Part shown: in pieces, positions 1 through 9,300 of the stretch
Layout: each line of letters opens with the position of its first letter
Numbering within the stretch: the stretch's first letter is position 1
Source: an uncultured Bacteroidota bacterium
Lineage (GTDB): Bacteria > Bacteroidota > Bacteroidia > Bacteroidales > F082
Direction: 5' to 3'
Length of the DNA: 64,000 nt
NCBI GenBank assembly: GCA_937912115.1
Contig: CALDOI010000142.1
Coordinates: forward strand, 2,098 to 66,097
Program-made: the position numbers and the translations under genes
Notes under the pieces: generated by a model
What the model was told of the DNA's origin: nothing
What the model saw: the letters and a program-made list of their open reading frames with translations, nothing else
The model's database searches: none

Positions 1-300
1 AACGGTCTCTCATCATTAACTTCAGTGGGGGGTAAGTTATTCATTCAAAATAATTTTGTACTTTCAGTTTTTTGTGGGCTTTACCCACTAATAAACCGGG
101 GTGGTGTATCTGGCACTTATACAGTTAATGGTAACGCATTAAACCCAACAGAACAAGAGATTATTGACGATGGTGCTTGTCCGCTTCCCCCTGTTCCATT
201 GTCCAACTGGGCAATTTATATTGGTATTTTATTAATTGCTATATTTATGTTTGTTGCTTATAGAAAAAGGGAGACGCGGTTTAGCCATAATAACCTTTAG
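1..300 (+). CDS. 3' end of a larger secreted/surface protein (5' end outside the window) with a tripartite C-terminal sorting-like tail
   Basis: Frame 1 is open from nt 1, with no stop before the listed Met at 25. Stop TAG at 298-300. The last ~35 aa are PPVPLSNW, then a hydrophobic helix AIYIGILLIAIFMFVAY, then basic RKRETR. Upstream, L-x-x-L-x-S-V-G-x-L-x-I-x-N-N resembles a leucine-rich repeat. Confidence 0.6.
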   Translation, partial: NGLSSLTSVGGKLFIQNNFVLSVFCGLYPLINRGGVSGTYTVNGNALNPTEQEIIDDGACPLPPVPLSNWAIYIGILLIAIFMFVAYRKRETRFSHNNL

Positions 301-313
301 ATTATTAATTAAG

Positions 314-340
314 TCATTCTATAACAGAATGATTTTTATT
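314..340 (+). terminator. Candidate intrinsic terminator of the 1..300 gene
   Basis: Perfect 7-bp inverted repeat TCATTCT (314-320) / AGAATGA (326-332) with 5-nt loop ATAAC, followed directly by TTTTTATT. The stem is AT-rich. Confidence 0.5.
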
Positions 341-385
341 GGGAATTAACCTGTACGCAATAATTATTGGTTTTATCTAAAATAA

Positions 386-598
386 ACGGATTGTCATCTT
401 GCCGAAGTTCATTGGCTAATAATAAATGGCACGGAAATAAATATAAATGAGTTCAAGGTGTGGCTCAAAAACAAACTACCTAACTATAAAACACCACGCA
501 AATATATCATTCTAGATGACCTGCCAAGAAATGTGATGGGAAAAGTGACTAAAAAAGAATTAGTAAGCCTTTTTAACACTGAAAGCAATAAAGAATAA
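386..598 (+). pseudogene. Remnant of the C-terminal ~70 aa of an AMP-dependent acyl-CoA synthetase/ligase
   Basis: Open frame from the stop at 383-385 to TAA at 596-598. It reads ...NGTEININEFKVWLKNKLPNYKTPRKYIILDDLPRNVMGKVTKKELVSLF. This matches the C-terminal subdomain pattern of adenylate-forming enzymes (L-x-x-YK-x-P-x-x-I-x-x-x-D-x-LP-x-x-x-x-GK-x-x-K-x-x-L). No start codon and no N-terminal ~450 aa. Not in the ORF track. Confidence 0.65.
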
Positions 599-640
599 TA
601 ATAGTTGCTATAGCCGGATTTGTGGCAATTTTCCCTCAAT

Positions 641-682
641 CTAAAACCCTGAACTCAGAACCCAAAACTCAAAACTCAATAC
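641..682 (+). repeat. A/C-rich, G-poor junction motif, copy 1 (core AACCCAAAACTCAAAACTCAATAC, 659-682)
   Basis: Fills the gap up to the stop codon of the minus-strand gene. 21/24 identical to the core at 24352-24375, which sits in the same convergent-stop context. Confidence 0.55.
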
Positions 683-1059
683 TATTCAACTTCTACAAGT
701 ACTTCTTCACTTTGCCATAAACCATGCTTTGTACAAAAAGCCATGGCAGTAAGCTTCAAATTTTTATTTGGTACAATGTGGAAATCCACTTCTGCATGAC
801 CCGGCATATTCCCAAGTGTTCCTGGTGCAAATGATGCCTGACCTAACATAAACTCTCCGTTCCATAATTGAATGTATGCTATGTAATGATCAAAATCATC
901 GGGATGAACATACTCATCACCCAATTTTACTTTTACAGTAAATTTTTGTCCCTTTAAAGTTTTCGCATCACAATGTACAAATGGTGAATGACGATCGATG
1001 TAATCTTTTTTTGCTTCTCTGTCGATTGTTGAAATGTCAACGTATCTGTTAATTTTCAT
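682..1059 (-). CDS. Superoxide reductase (neelaredoxin/desulfoferrodoxin Fe-binding domain family)
   Basis: 125 aa. Aligns by eye to one-domain SORs: RHSPFV (KHVP box), VHPDDFDHYIAYIQLW (His ligands) and FCTKHGLWQSE (CxxHGLW Cys/His ligands). Confidence 0.8.
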   Translation of the reverse strand: MKINRYVDISTIDREAKKDYIDRHSPFVHCDAKTLKGQKFTVKVKLGDEYVHPDDFDHYIAYIQLWNGEFMLGQASFAPGTLGNMPGHAEVDFHIVPNKNLKLTAMAFCTKHGLWQSEEVLVEVE

Positions 1060-1093
1060 GTCTATAATATTTATTTATAATAATTCTAAATTG

Positions 1094-1101
1094 CAAATTT
1101 A
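1094..1101 (-). promoter_or_regulatory. Bacteroidetes-type -7 box TAAATTTG(CA)
   Basis: Matches TAnnTTTG on the minus strand, 34 nt upstream of the SOR ATG. Confidence 0.45.
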
Positions 1102-1141
1102 ATTGTTTTAATTAATAAACCAAAATATTGTTTAGCTACAT

Positions 1142-1918
1142 TTATCCAAAGATGGATTTTACCATTCCACCATCGTGAGTAATTGTTTGCCCTGTTACAT
1201 ATCTTGATAGTGGTGATAATAACCAACATGCCAGACTAGCCATTTCTTCAGGCTTACCCATTTCGCCAACAGGTACTTCACGTTCGAAGGCCAGCTTAGC
1301 TTCTTCATAAGTAATGTTTTCTAATTCTGATTTCTTCACAAATAGGCGCTCCATTGCTCCGGTGCTATGGTAACCAGGAGCAAGTATATTAGCTGTAATA
1401 CCCATGGTTGCAACTTCCTGCGAAAGAGTTTTAACAAACCCTACAATTGCTGGCCTTAGCGAGTTACTTAGCACAAGATTTTTAATGGGTTCTTTAACAG
1501 AAACGCTTTCGATAAATAATAATCTTCCATATTTCTGTTTCTTGAAAATAGGCATGATTTTATAAGATAAGTCGATTTTCCACCTAACTATAGTTTCCCA
1601 AGCCTTGTCCCACATCTGTATATTTACATCATTAACTCCACCGGCTGGGGGACCGGAAGCATTAAAAACTATCCCGGAAATTGTTTTTTCTGCACACCAA
1701 TCAATAATTTTTTGTTGAACAATTGGATCCATAATATCACCACATAAATAGTCAATATTAATCGGGAATTTATCTTTCAATAATACCAGTTTTTCAACTG
1801 TTCTACTTATGGCTAATACTATTGCTCCTTCAGATGCAAGCTGTTCAGCAATTGCTTTACCAAACCCACTTCCTGCCCCACCTACAACGAAGTATTTGTT
1901 TTCAATATTTAGATTCAT
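1142..1918 (-). CDS. Short-chain dehydrogenase/reductase family protein with a non-canonical active-site segment
   Basis: N-terminal Rossmann motif GGAGSGFGKAIA, NASGPP (NNAG-like). Where classical SDRs have YxxxK the sequence reads SNSLR (LSNSLRPAIVGFVKTLS). Confidence 0.75.
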   Translation of the reverse strand: MNLNIENKYFVVGGAGSGFGKAIAEQLASEGAIVLAISRTVEKLVLLKDKFPINIDYLCGDIMDPIVQQKIIDWCAEKTISGIVFNASGPPAGGVNDVNIQMWDKAWETIVRWKIDLSYKIMPIFKKQKYGRLLFIESVSVKEPIKNLVLSNSLRPAIVGFVKTLSQEVATMGITANILAPGYHSTGAMERLFVKKSELENITYEEAKLAFEREVPVGEMGKPEEMASLACWLLSPLSRYVTGQTITHDGGMVKSIFG

Positions 1919-1934
1919 AATAAAATAATTTTGG

Positions 1935-1942
1935 CAAAGGTA
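1935..1942 (-). promoter_or_regulatory. Bacteroidetes-type -7 box TACCTTTG(CC)
   Basis: TAnnTTTG on the minus strand, 16 nt upstream of the SDR ATG. Confidence 0.45.
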
Positions 1943-2094
1943 TAAACAGTTTTGTTTAAAAACGAAAACTAACCTTCACATTCTTATCCTGAAAAATAAT
2001 AATTACATCCATCACCTTCAAAGTCAATGCAAGAATTAATTTTATTACATTTACACCATCTGCAAAAATATTTTCGTTACTAATTTAATCTTTA

Positions 2095-5000
2095 ATGAAA
2101 TCAGAACCAACCAACCAAGAATTAAAGGATGAAATTAAGTTGCTTAAAATGCAATTATCTGAAAAAACCACACTAGAAGATTATCAACCTTTCTTTGATA
2201 ATAATGTGGCCATTATACTACTTGTTAATCCAGATAATCAAAATATAATTTATGCGAATGAAGCAGCGGCTAGTTTTTATGGCTACACAATTGAGCAATT
2301 ATGTAACTTGAAAATCAGCGATATAAATACTTTAACTTCAGAAGAGATTAAAATCAAAATTGCTGATGCAAGAAAAAATAAACAAAATTACTTTGTATTT
2401 AAACATAGAACTTCAAACGGTGGAATACGTGATGTGGAAGAATATCAAACGAAATTAAAACTTGGTAATAAAGATGTATTCTCAATTATTGTGCATGATG
2501 TTACCCAACGAATAGAAGCTGAAAATAATCTGTTTTTATCCGAAAAAAGATATAGAGAGTATTTCGAAAAAGACATTTCAGGAGTATATACAACCACACC
2601 TGAGGGGAAATTAATTGACTGTAATAATGCTTTTGCAAATATGCTTGGCTATACTGTTGACGAAATAAAACAAATTCACACCTCAATACATTATTCAAAA
2701 AAGGATTTGAGGAATAAAATAATTGATAAACTCGAAAAACATAAGAGTTTGTTCAATATTGAAATAGAACTAATTACAAAAGATGGTGGAAAAATTCACT
2801 GTATTGAAAACGTTACCGGAATATTCGACAATAATAATAAACTAGTACAGTTTCAGGGTTATATAATTGATATCTCCAAGCGTAAAAAAGCAGAAAATGC
2901 ACTGAAAGAAAGTGAGGCTAGATTTAAACGATTATTTGAAGATCTTGGGGATGCAGTTTATGTAACTAAACTAGGTGGTGAAGATAAGGGCGATATACTT
3001 GAAGTGAATGCGACAGCTGTTAAACAGTCTGGGTATTCGAAAAAGGAGTTGCTTCAAATGAATATCATTGAAGATTTATTCGTTGAAGGGTCAGGAGAAA
3101 TGGACAACAATGCATTAGACCTAAGACTTCAAGAAAATGAAATAGTTACATTTATTGAGAAAAAAAGAAGGAAGGATGGAAGCGAATACTGGACTGAGGT
3201 AACGGTAACCCCAATTGAGTTTAATGGGCCACCAGCAAGCCTTGCAATTAATCGCGATATCACCAATCGTATACTTGCAAGTGAAGCCCTCGAAGAAAGT
3301 GAAAAAAAGTTCCGCGATCTATTTGAGCAATCGGGAGATGCATTTTTAATAATTAAAAATAGAAACTTCATCGATTGTAATAAGGCTGTTGTTGAAATGC
3401 TAGGATATAAGAATAGAGATGAGGTTATTAACGTACATCCTTCAGTATTATCCCCGGAATTTCAACCCGATGGCCGATCTTCAGCAGAAAAAGCTGACGA
3501 CATGATGATGACAGCCATTAATAAAGGTACTCATCGTTTCGAATGGGATCACCTAAAAAGTAATGGCGAGATTTTTCCCGTTGAAGTACTATTAACAGCA
3601 ATCTCAAAAGCACCGGGTAATGAAATCATTCATACTGTGTGGAGAGATATAAGCGAACAAAACAAGATAAAAAGAGAGTTAATTGAAGCTAAAGAAAAGG
3701 CCGAGAAAAATGAAAAAAAGTTCCGGGAACTATATGAAAAGTCGGGTGATGCTATATTTATTGTGGAAAATGAAAGGTTTATAAATTGCAACCAGGCAAC
3801 GACAGAGCTTTTCAAATACAATAATAAAGAAGATTTTTATAATTTACACCCTTCAGAAGTATCTCCCGAATATCAACCAGATGGTGAGCTATCATTAACT
3901 AAGTCGATAAGAATGATGCAGACAGCAATAAAAAATGGAACTCATCGCTTTGATTGGCTGCATAAAAAGAATAATGGAGATTTGTTTCCCGTTGAGGTAT
4001 TATTAACAGCAATCTCTACCGATTCAAAAAAGCAAATAATCCATGCAGTTTGCAGGGATATTAGTGAACGAAAGAAAATTCAAAATGAACTAGTATATGC
4101 AAAAGAAAAAGCAGAGGAAAGTGACAGACTAAAATCAGCTTTTTTAGCAAATATGAGTCACGAAATTCGTACTCCAATGAATGGCATACTTGGCTTCGCA
4201 AGCCTTCTGAAACTTCCTGACTTAAAAAAAGAACAAATTACAGACTATGTTACTGTAATAGAAAAGAGTGGACTTCGGATGCTAAATATCATTAATGATA
4301 TAATGGATATCTCGAAAATTGAAGCCGGACAAATGGAAGTTAATAATTCATACTGCAATGTTAATAAGCAAATAGATGACATATACTCATTCTTTAAGCC
4401 GGAAGCCGTAAAAGCCGGATTAGAACTATCAACCAGCAAGGCATTTGAAAACGAAGATGCAATTACTTATACTGACTATGAAAAACTATATGCCGTTTTA
4501 GTTAATCTAATAAAGAACTCAATAAAATACAGTCACTATGGTAGTATTAACTTTGGGTACTTTAAGGTTGATAATGAGTTAGTATTTTTTGTTAGAGATA
4601 CAGGAATTGGGATACCTAAGAATCGCCAGGATGCTATTTTTGAACGATTTGTTCAGGCAGATATTGAGGACACAAAGGTTTACGAAGGAGCAGGATTAGG
4701 GTTGTCAATTTCAAAAGCATATGTTGAGATGCTTAATGGTAGAATTTGGTTAGAATCGGAAGAAGGAAAAGGAAGCAATTTCTATTTTACAATACCCTAT
4801 GTTACAAAAACTCCCGACACAAAAGTTGTTGAAGACAAAGTTATTGAAACTCATACAAAAACTAAACTACCAAAAAAATTAAATATACTAATAGCTGATG
4901 ATGAAGAAATTGCCAGCTCTTTTTTACAAATAGTACTAAAGGATTGTGCAAATAATATATACTATGCCAAAGATGGTTATGAGGCAATAAACATTTGTAA

Positions 5001-5166
5001 AAATAACCCTGACCTAGACTTAATTTTAATGGATATAAAAATGCCATTGCTGGATGGATACTCTGTTACTCGTGAAATTCGGAAGGTTAACAATCAAATA
5101 AAGATAATTGCACAAACCGCATATGCATTACCTGGAGATAGCAGCAAAGCAATTAAGGCAGGGTGA
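2095..5166 (+). CDS. Hybrid sensor histidine kinase A: five PAS domains, HisKA, HATPase and a receiver cut short by an in-frame TGA
   Basis: Five PAS-like blocks. H-box [17 protein letters not shown]-boxes DTGIGIP and GAGLGLSI. Receiver ILIADDEE...LILMDIKMP...IIAQTAYA. The ORF ends KAG-TGA where paralogs read (E/N)AGCNDYI(T/S)KPI. The same frame continues NDYISKPINKDELITKVQNLFLK to TAA at 5236-5238. Confidence 0.9.
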   Translation: MKSEPTNQELKDEIKLLKMQLSEKTTLEDYQPFFDNNVAIILLVNPDNQNIIYANEAAASFYGYTIEQLCNLKISDINTLTSEEIKIKIADARKNKQNYFVFKHRTSNGGIRDVEEYQTKLKLGNKDVFSIIVHDVTQRIEAENNLFLSEKRYREYFEKDISGVYTTTPEGKLIDCNNAFANMLGYTVDEIKQIHTSIHYSKKDLRNKIIDKLEKHKSLFNIEIELITKDGGKIHCIENVTGIFDNNNKLVQFQGYIIDISKRKKAENALKESEARFKRLFEDLGDAVYVTKLGGEDKGDILEVNATAVKQSGYSKKELLQMNIIEDLFVEGSGEMDNNALDLRLQENEIVTFIEKKRRKDGSEYWTEVTVTPIEFNGPPASLAINRDITNRILASEALEESEKKFRDLFEQSGDAFLIIKNRNFIDCNKAVVEMLGYKNRDEVINVHPSVLSPEFQPDGRSSAEKADDMMMTAINKGTHRFEWDHLKSNGEIFPVEVLLTAISKAPGNEIIHTVWRDISEQNKIKRELIEAKEKAEKNEKKFRELYEKSGDAIFIVENERFINCNQATTELFKYNNKEDFYNLHPSEVSPEYQPDGELSLTKSIRMMQTAIKNGTHRFDWLHKKNNGDLFPVEVLLTAISTDSKKQIIHAVCRDISERKKIQNELVYAKEKAEESDRLKSAFLANMSHEIRTPMNGILGFASLLKLPDLKKEQITDYVTVIEKSGLRMLNIINDIMDISKIEAGQMEVNNSYCNVNKQIDDIYSFFKPEAVKAGLELSTSKAFENEDAITYTDYEKLYAVLVNLIKNSIKYSHYGSINFGYFKVDNELVFFVRDTGIGIPKNRQDAIFERFVQADIEDTKVYEGAGLGLSISKAYVEMLNGRIWLESEEGKGSNFYFTIPYVTKTPDTKVVEDKVIETHTKTKLPKKLNILIADDEEIASSFLQIVLKDCANNIYYAKDGYEAINICKNNPDLDLILMDIKMPLLDGYSVTREIRKVNNQIKIIAQTAYALPGDSSKAIKAG
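3301..4122 (+). repeat. Tandem duplication of a 411-nt (137-codon) PAS-plus-linker unit inside kinase A (3301-3711 and 3712-4122)
   Basis: Gapless alignment of EKKFRDLFEQSGDAF...HTVWRDISEQNKIKRELIEAKEKAEKN with EKKFRELYEKSGDAI...[27 protein letters not shown]. Roughly half the residues are identical. Confidence 0.85.
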
Positions 5167-5238
5167 AACGATTATATTTCAAAACCAATTAATAAAGACG
5201 AGCTTATTACAAAAGTTCAAAATCTCTTTTTAAAATAA
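5164..5238 (+). other. In-frame TGA plus 23 further codons encoding the missing end of the kinase A receiver
   Basis: ggg TGA aac gat tat here, versus ggt TGT aat gat tat in paralog D (11216-11230). This is a single-base difference at a conserved Cys codon. Confidence 0.8.
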
Positions 5239-5297
5239 CTATTGATATTAAGTGAATTGCGGGATCGATTTTCTTATTTATTAATACAGACTATCAT

Positions 5298-6317
5298 ATG
5301 AATAAACAACCATCATATACAAACGATCAGTTAACTCAAAAAGTCGCTGAATTAACTGATGAACTCAATAAATTAAAGGAATATTATAAGCAGTCTCAAC
5401 CAATTCTTGGGAATTCAGGTGGTGATATAAAAGATATTGTTGTTTGGAAAATGGATGAAAAAGGACGTTACACTTACTTAAGTCCAAATGTAGAAGTTGT
5501 ATTGGGATACAAACCAGAAGAAATGTTAGGAACAATGGGGCTTACATACTTCCGTGCAGAAGATGTACCTCAAATACAGAAAAAAATGAAGGCCAGAATA
5601 GATGGCAATAGGGAACCTTCTGAATTTATTATGGTTGCCAAAGATGGCTCTCTAATAGATATGGAACTATATTCAGTTTCAATCAAAGACCAAAATGAGA
5701 ATATAGTCGGATTCTCGGGAATTGCACGTAACATTAGTGATCGCAAGCTTGCAGAGAAAAACAATAAAAAGAACGAAAAAAAAATAATACAGGAAAAGGA
5801 ATTCACCGAACAAGTGATAAATGCACTTCCCGGATTGTTTTATCAGATAAGTACTGAAGGTAAATTTATCAATTGGAATAAGAATTTTGAAACAATTACG
5901 GGATATTCCGCAACCGAAATCAAGCAACTTAGTCCCATTGAACTATTTGAAGGTGATGATAAAAAACATATAGCTGATAGGATACAGGAATCATTTTCAG
6001 TTGGAAACTCCCATGCATATGCGAATTTAATTTCCAAAAAAGGCTTCAGTACTCCCTATTATTGGACCGGAAAAACAATAATAATAAACAACGAACCATT
6101 CTTAATTGGAATGGGGACGGATATTTCGGAGTTAAAAAATATTGAAAATGAATTAATGAAACATCAGGAGCAGCTTGAAGAACTTGTTAAAGAAAGAACT
6201 AAGGATTTGGAGATTAGAAATAACGAACTTGACAGTGCTATAAAGGTTTTTGTTGGCAGGGAGATTCTAATTAGAGATATGCAAAATCGCATTGCTGCAT
6301 TGGAAAGTGACAAGTAA
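5298..6317 (+). CDS. Stand-alone PAS/PAS/coiled-coil protein B (no kinase, receiver or output domain)
   Basis: Two PAS-like blocks (each ending GIARNISDRK / GMGTDISELK) and an N-terminal coiled coil. C-terminal helix LEELVKERTKDLEIRNNELDSAIKVFVGREILIRDMQNRIAALE has no H-box. Confidence 0.8.
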   Translation: MNKQPSYTNDQLTQKVAELTDELNKLKEYYKQSQPILGNSGGDIKDIVVWKMDEKGRYTYLSPNVEVVLGYKPEEMLGTMGLTYFRAEDVPQIQKKMKARIDGNREPSEFIMVAKDGSLIDMELYSVSIKDQNENIVGFSGIARNISDRKLAEKNNKKNEKKIIQEKEFTEQVINALPGLFYQISTEGKFINWNKNFETITGYSATEIKQLSPIELFEGDDKKHIADRIQESFSVGNSHAYANLISKKGFSTPYYWTGKTIIINNEPFLIGMGTDISELKNIENELMKHQEQLEELVKERTKDLEIRNNELDSAIKVFVGREILIRDMQNRIAALESDK

Positions 6318-6391
6318 ACCACTTCCTCCAAAAATATAATCAGCTTAGCAAATTATCAATAATGTATAATTAATACGTTAAAAAAAAAAGC

Positions 6392-9300
6392 ATGAAATTA
6401 TATAGTTTTAAAAGTATAAGAACACGATTAACATTTTGGTTTCTGATATTAACACTTATTCCCTTATTAGTTGTGTTGATAATTACATATTTTCAGCGTA
6501 TTGATGCCATTAAAAATCAAACAATTGACAAACTCGTTGCAATACGCGATTTAAAAGCCGAGCAAATAAATGTGTGGTTAACAGAAAGAGTTGCAGATAT
6601 GAATACTCTATCGATTGATAGTGATATTACCAGTGTTGAAAATTTGTTTGACAATAAAAAGAATGATAATAGTGACACTGAATTACTTCTCAAAATTCAA
6701 AACCATCTAGAGAATTTTGTAAAAAATTATTCGGCATATAGTGAACTATTTATACTAAATCCACAAAACGGAAAGATTGTAATTTCAACTCGAAAATATG
6801 CTATTGGTGAGGACAAATCAACAAATGAGTATTTTACAGAACCCATGAAAACACATAAGCTATCAATTAAGGATATTTATTACTCAAATACATTGTCTGA
6901 AATTTCAATGGCATATTCAATTCCTATTTTTGATGCGGAAAACAAGAATATAATTGTAGGCATCCTTGTTGCCCGGGTAGATTTAGATAACTCATTATTT
7001 CGATTATTATTCGACCGCATTGGTCTTGGAAAAACAGGTGAGACATTAATTGTTAACGAGGATATACTAGCATTGAATATATTACGATGGTACAACAATG
7101 CCCCATTAAATCTTAAGATAAAAGCTCTACCAGCCCTAAATGCATCAAAGGGACAAACAGGGGTTATAGAAACGCAAGATTATCGAGGTGAAGAAGTTCT
7201 TGCTGCCTATACCTATATCCCTCAAACCAAGTGGGGTTTTGTTTGCAAACAGGATATGAGTGAAGTAAATGCATCGATCGATATCATGATCCTGAATTTC
7301 ATATTAATATTTATAGTTGCATCAATAATAATTACACTAATTGCCATTAGCATAAGCAAATCTATTTCGAAATCTATTGTGGCAATGAACGTTGTTGCTA
7401 AAAAAATCAGAAGTGGAAACTTTTCTATTCGAAATAAAATTACATCACAAGACGAATTGGGTTTGCTCGCTTTGGAGTTCAATAATATGGCCGAAATGAC
7501 TGAGTCAAGAATAAATGTTCAGCAGGGAATATCACAGATCACAGAAATTATGATTGGAAGAACATCAATGAATGATTTCGGATTATCATTATTAAAAGAA
7601 CTCAAAAAAATATCAGGGGCAAATATTTGTACGTTTTATATATTGAATGAAGCCGACCAGTTATTTGAACATCTTGTTTCAATTGGAGCCAATAAAGAAC
7701 TTTTGGAACCATTTGACTCGAGTTATACAGAAGGTGATTTTGGTAATGCGATTTCATCAAAAAGTATTTACTATTTACAAAATATTCCTGCAAATACAAT
7801 TTTCAAGTATAAAACAATAGCAGGCACAACCATTCCAAAAGAATTGATTACCATCCCAATAATAGTTGATAATACTGTAGTGGCAACTATTTCACTGGCT
7901 AAAATAAGCAGTTTTAGCATCGATTGTCATGATATAATAAATAAATCTTGGGATAATATAAATACTTCATACTCAAACTTAATTTCCAGCGAAAGAACAA
8001 GGATTTTTGCTGATCATCTTTCAAGAATAAACAAACAGCTTGAGGTAAAATCGCAAGAACTTGAAAAGCAAACCTCTGAAATGAAAAAACAAGCTGAGGA
8101 ATTATACAATGCTTCCAGAGAGCTCCAAATTCAAAATATTGAACTTGAATCGCAAAAAATGCAGGTTATGACTGCAAACAGGTTAAAAAGCGAATTTCTT
8201 TCGAATATGAGTCATGAATTGCGCACTCCATTAAACTCAATAATGGCATTGTCGAGTGTATTAATTACTGATACCAAAAGCAAACTTAATAAAGATGAAA
8301 GCAATTACTTAAGCATTATCGAGCGAAATGGAAAAAGACTGCTTAATCTTATTAACGATATCCTCGATTTGTCGAAAATTGAAGCTGGTAAAATAGAAAT
8401 AATTCCCGCTTATATCTCAATTGAAAATCTTATTAAATTGGTAACTGAAAATGTACAATCAATTTCCGACAATAAAGGCATATCCATAAATCTGGAAATC
8501 CCCAAGAATCTACCACGTATCCAAACAGATGAATCAAGATTACATCAGGTATTAATAAATATTGTTAGCAATGCAATTAAATTTACTGACAAGGGTAGTG
8601 TTGATATTATTGTAAAAAATCAACAAAACAATATTATTATCGAAATAAAAGATACAGGAATTGGAATATCTGAAAATATTCTTCCACATGTTTTTGACGA
8701 ATTTCGTCAGGCTGATGGAACTTCATCTCGTAAATATGAAGGAACAGGGCTGGGATTGGCAATAGCCAGGAAGATGATTGAAATTTTGGGAGGAAGTATT
8801 AGTGCTGAAAGCGAGTTAGGGATTGGGTCTACATTTAGTGTTTCAATTCCAGTTAGTTGGCATGGGCGTAAATCTATCGACAAGCCAACCATTTCAAGCA
8901 ATGTAGTTATCAAAAAAGCGAACAATACCATTCTTGTTGTTGACGACAACCCGGAAGTAATAGCCGATATTTCAAATTACCTGGATCAATGTGGATATAA
9001 TACCATATCAGCAACAAATGGTATGGAGGCAATTAAACTGGCAAACAAATATAAGCCCATAGCAATAACCTTAGATATTGTAATGCCGGAAATGGATGGA
9101 TGGGAAGTTCTTCAACAGCTTAAATCAAATAATGAGACTACTAATATACCAGTAATTGTGGTCTCTGTTTCTGAAGATAGAGATACTGGTTTTGCACTTG
9201 GAGCAATAAGTTACCTGAACAAACCTATCGATAAAAATTTGCTAATATCAGAAATCAGGAAAATCAATAAATCACCGGGAATAGTAATGATTGTAGATGA

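Noticed and set aside
5164-5166. Selenocysteine recoding of the TGA that replaces a conserved Cys codon in kinase A
   Set aside because: The downstream sequence (aacgattatatttcaaaaccaattaataaag...) has no SECIS-like hairpin. This receiver-domain Cys is not a redox residue. A simple TGT-to-TGA nonsense change explains it.
5164-5166. Alternative genetic code with TGA as a sense codon
   Set aside because: Well-supported genes end cleanly at TGA with full-length products, for example 40441-40443 (phosphate transporter) and 47922-47924 (kinase G). No other in-frame TGA interrupts a recognisable gene in the window.
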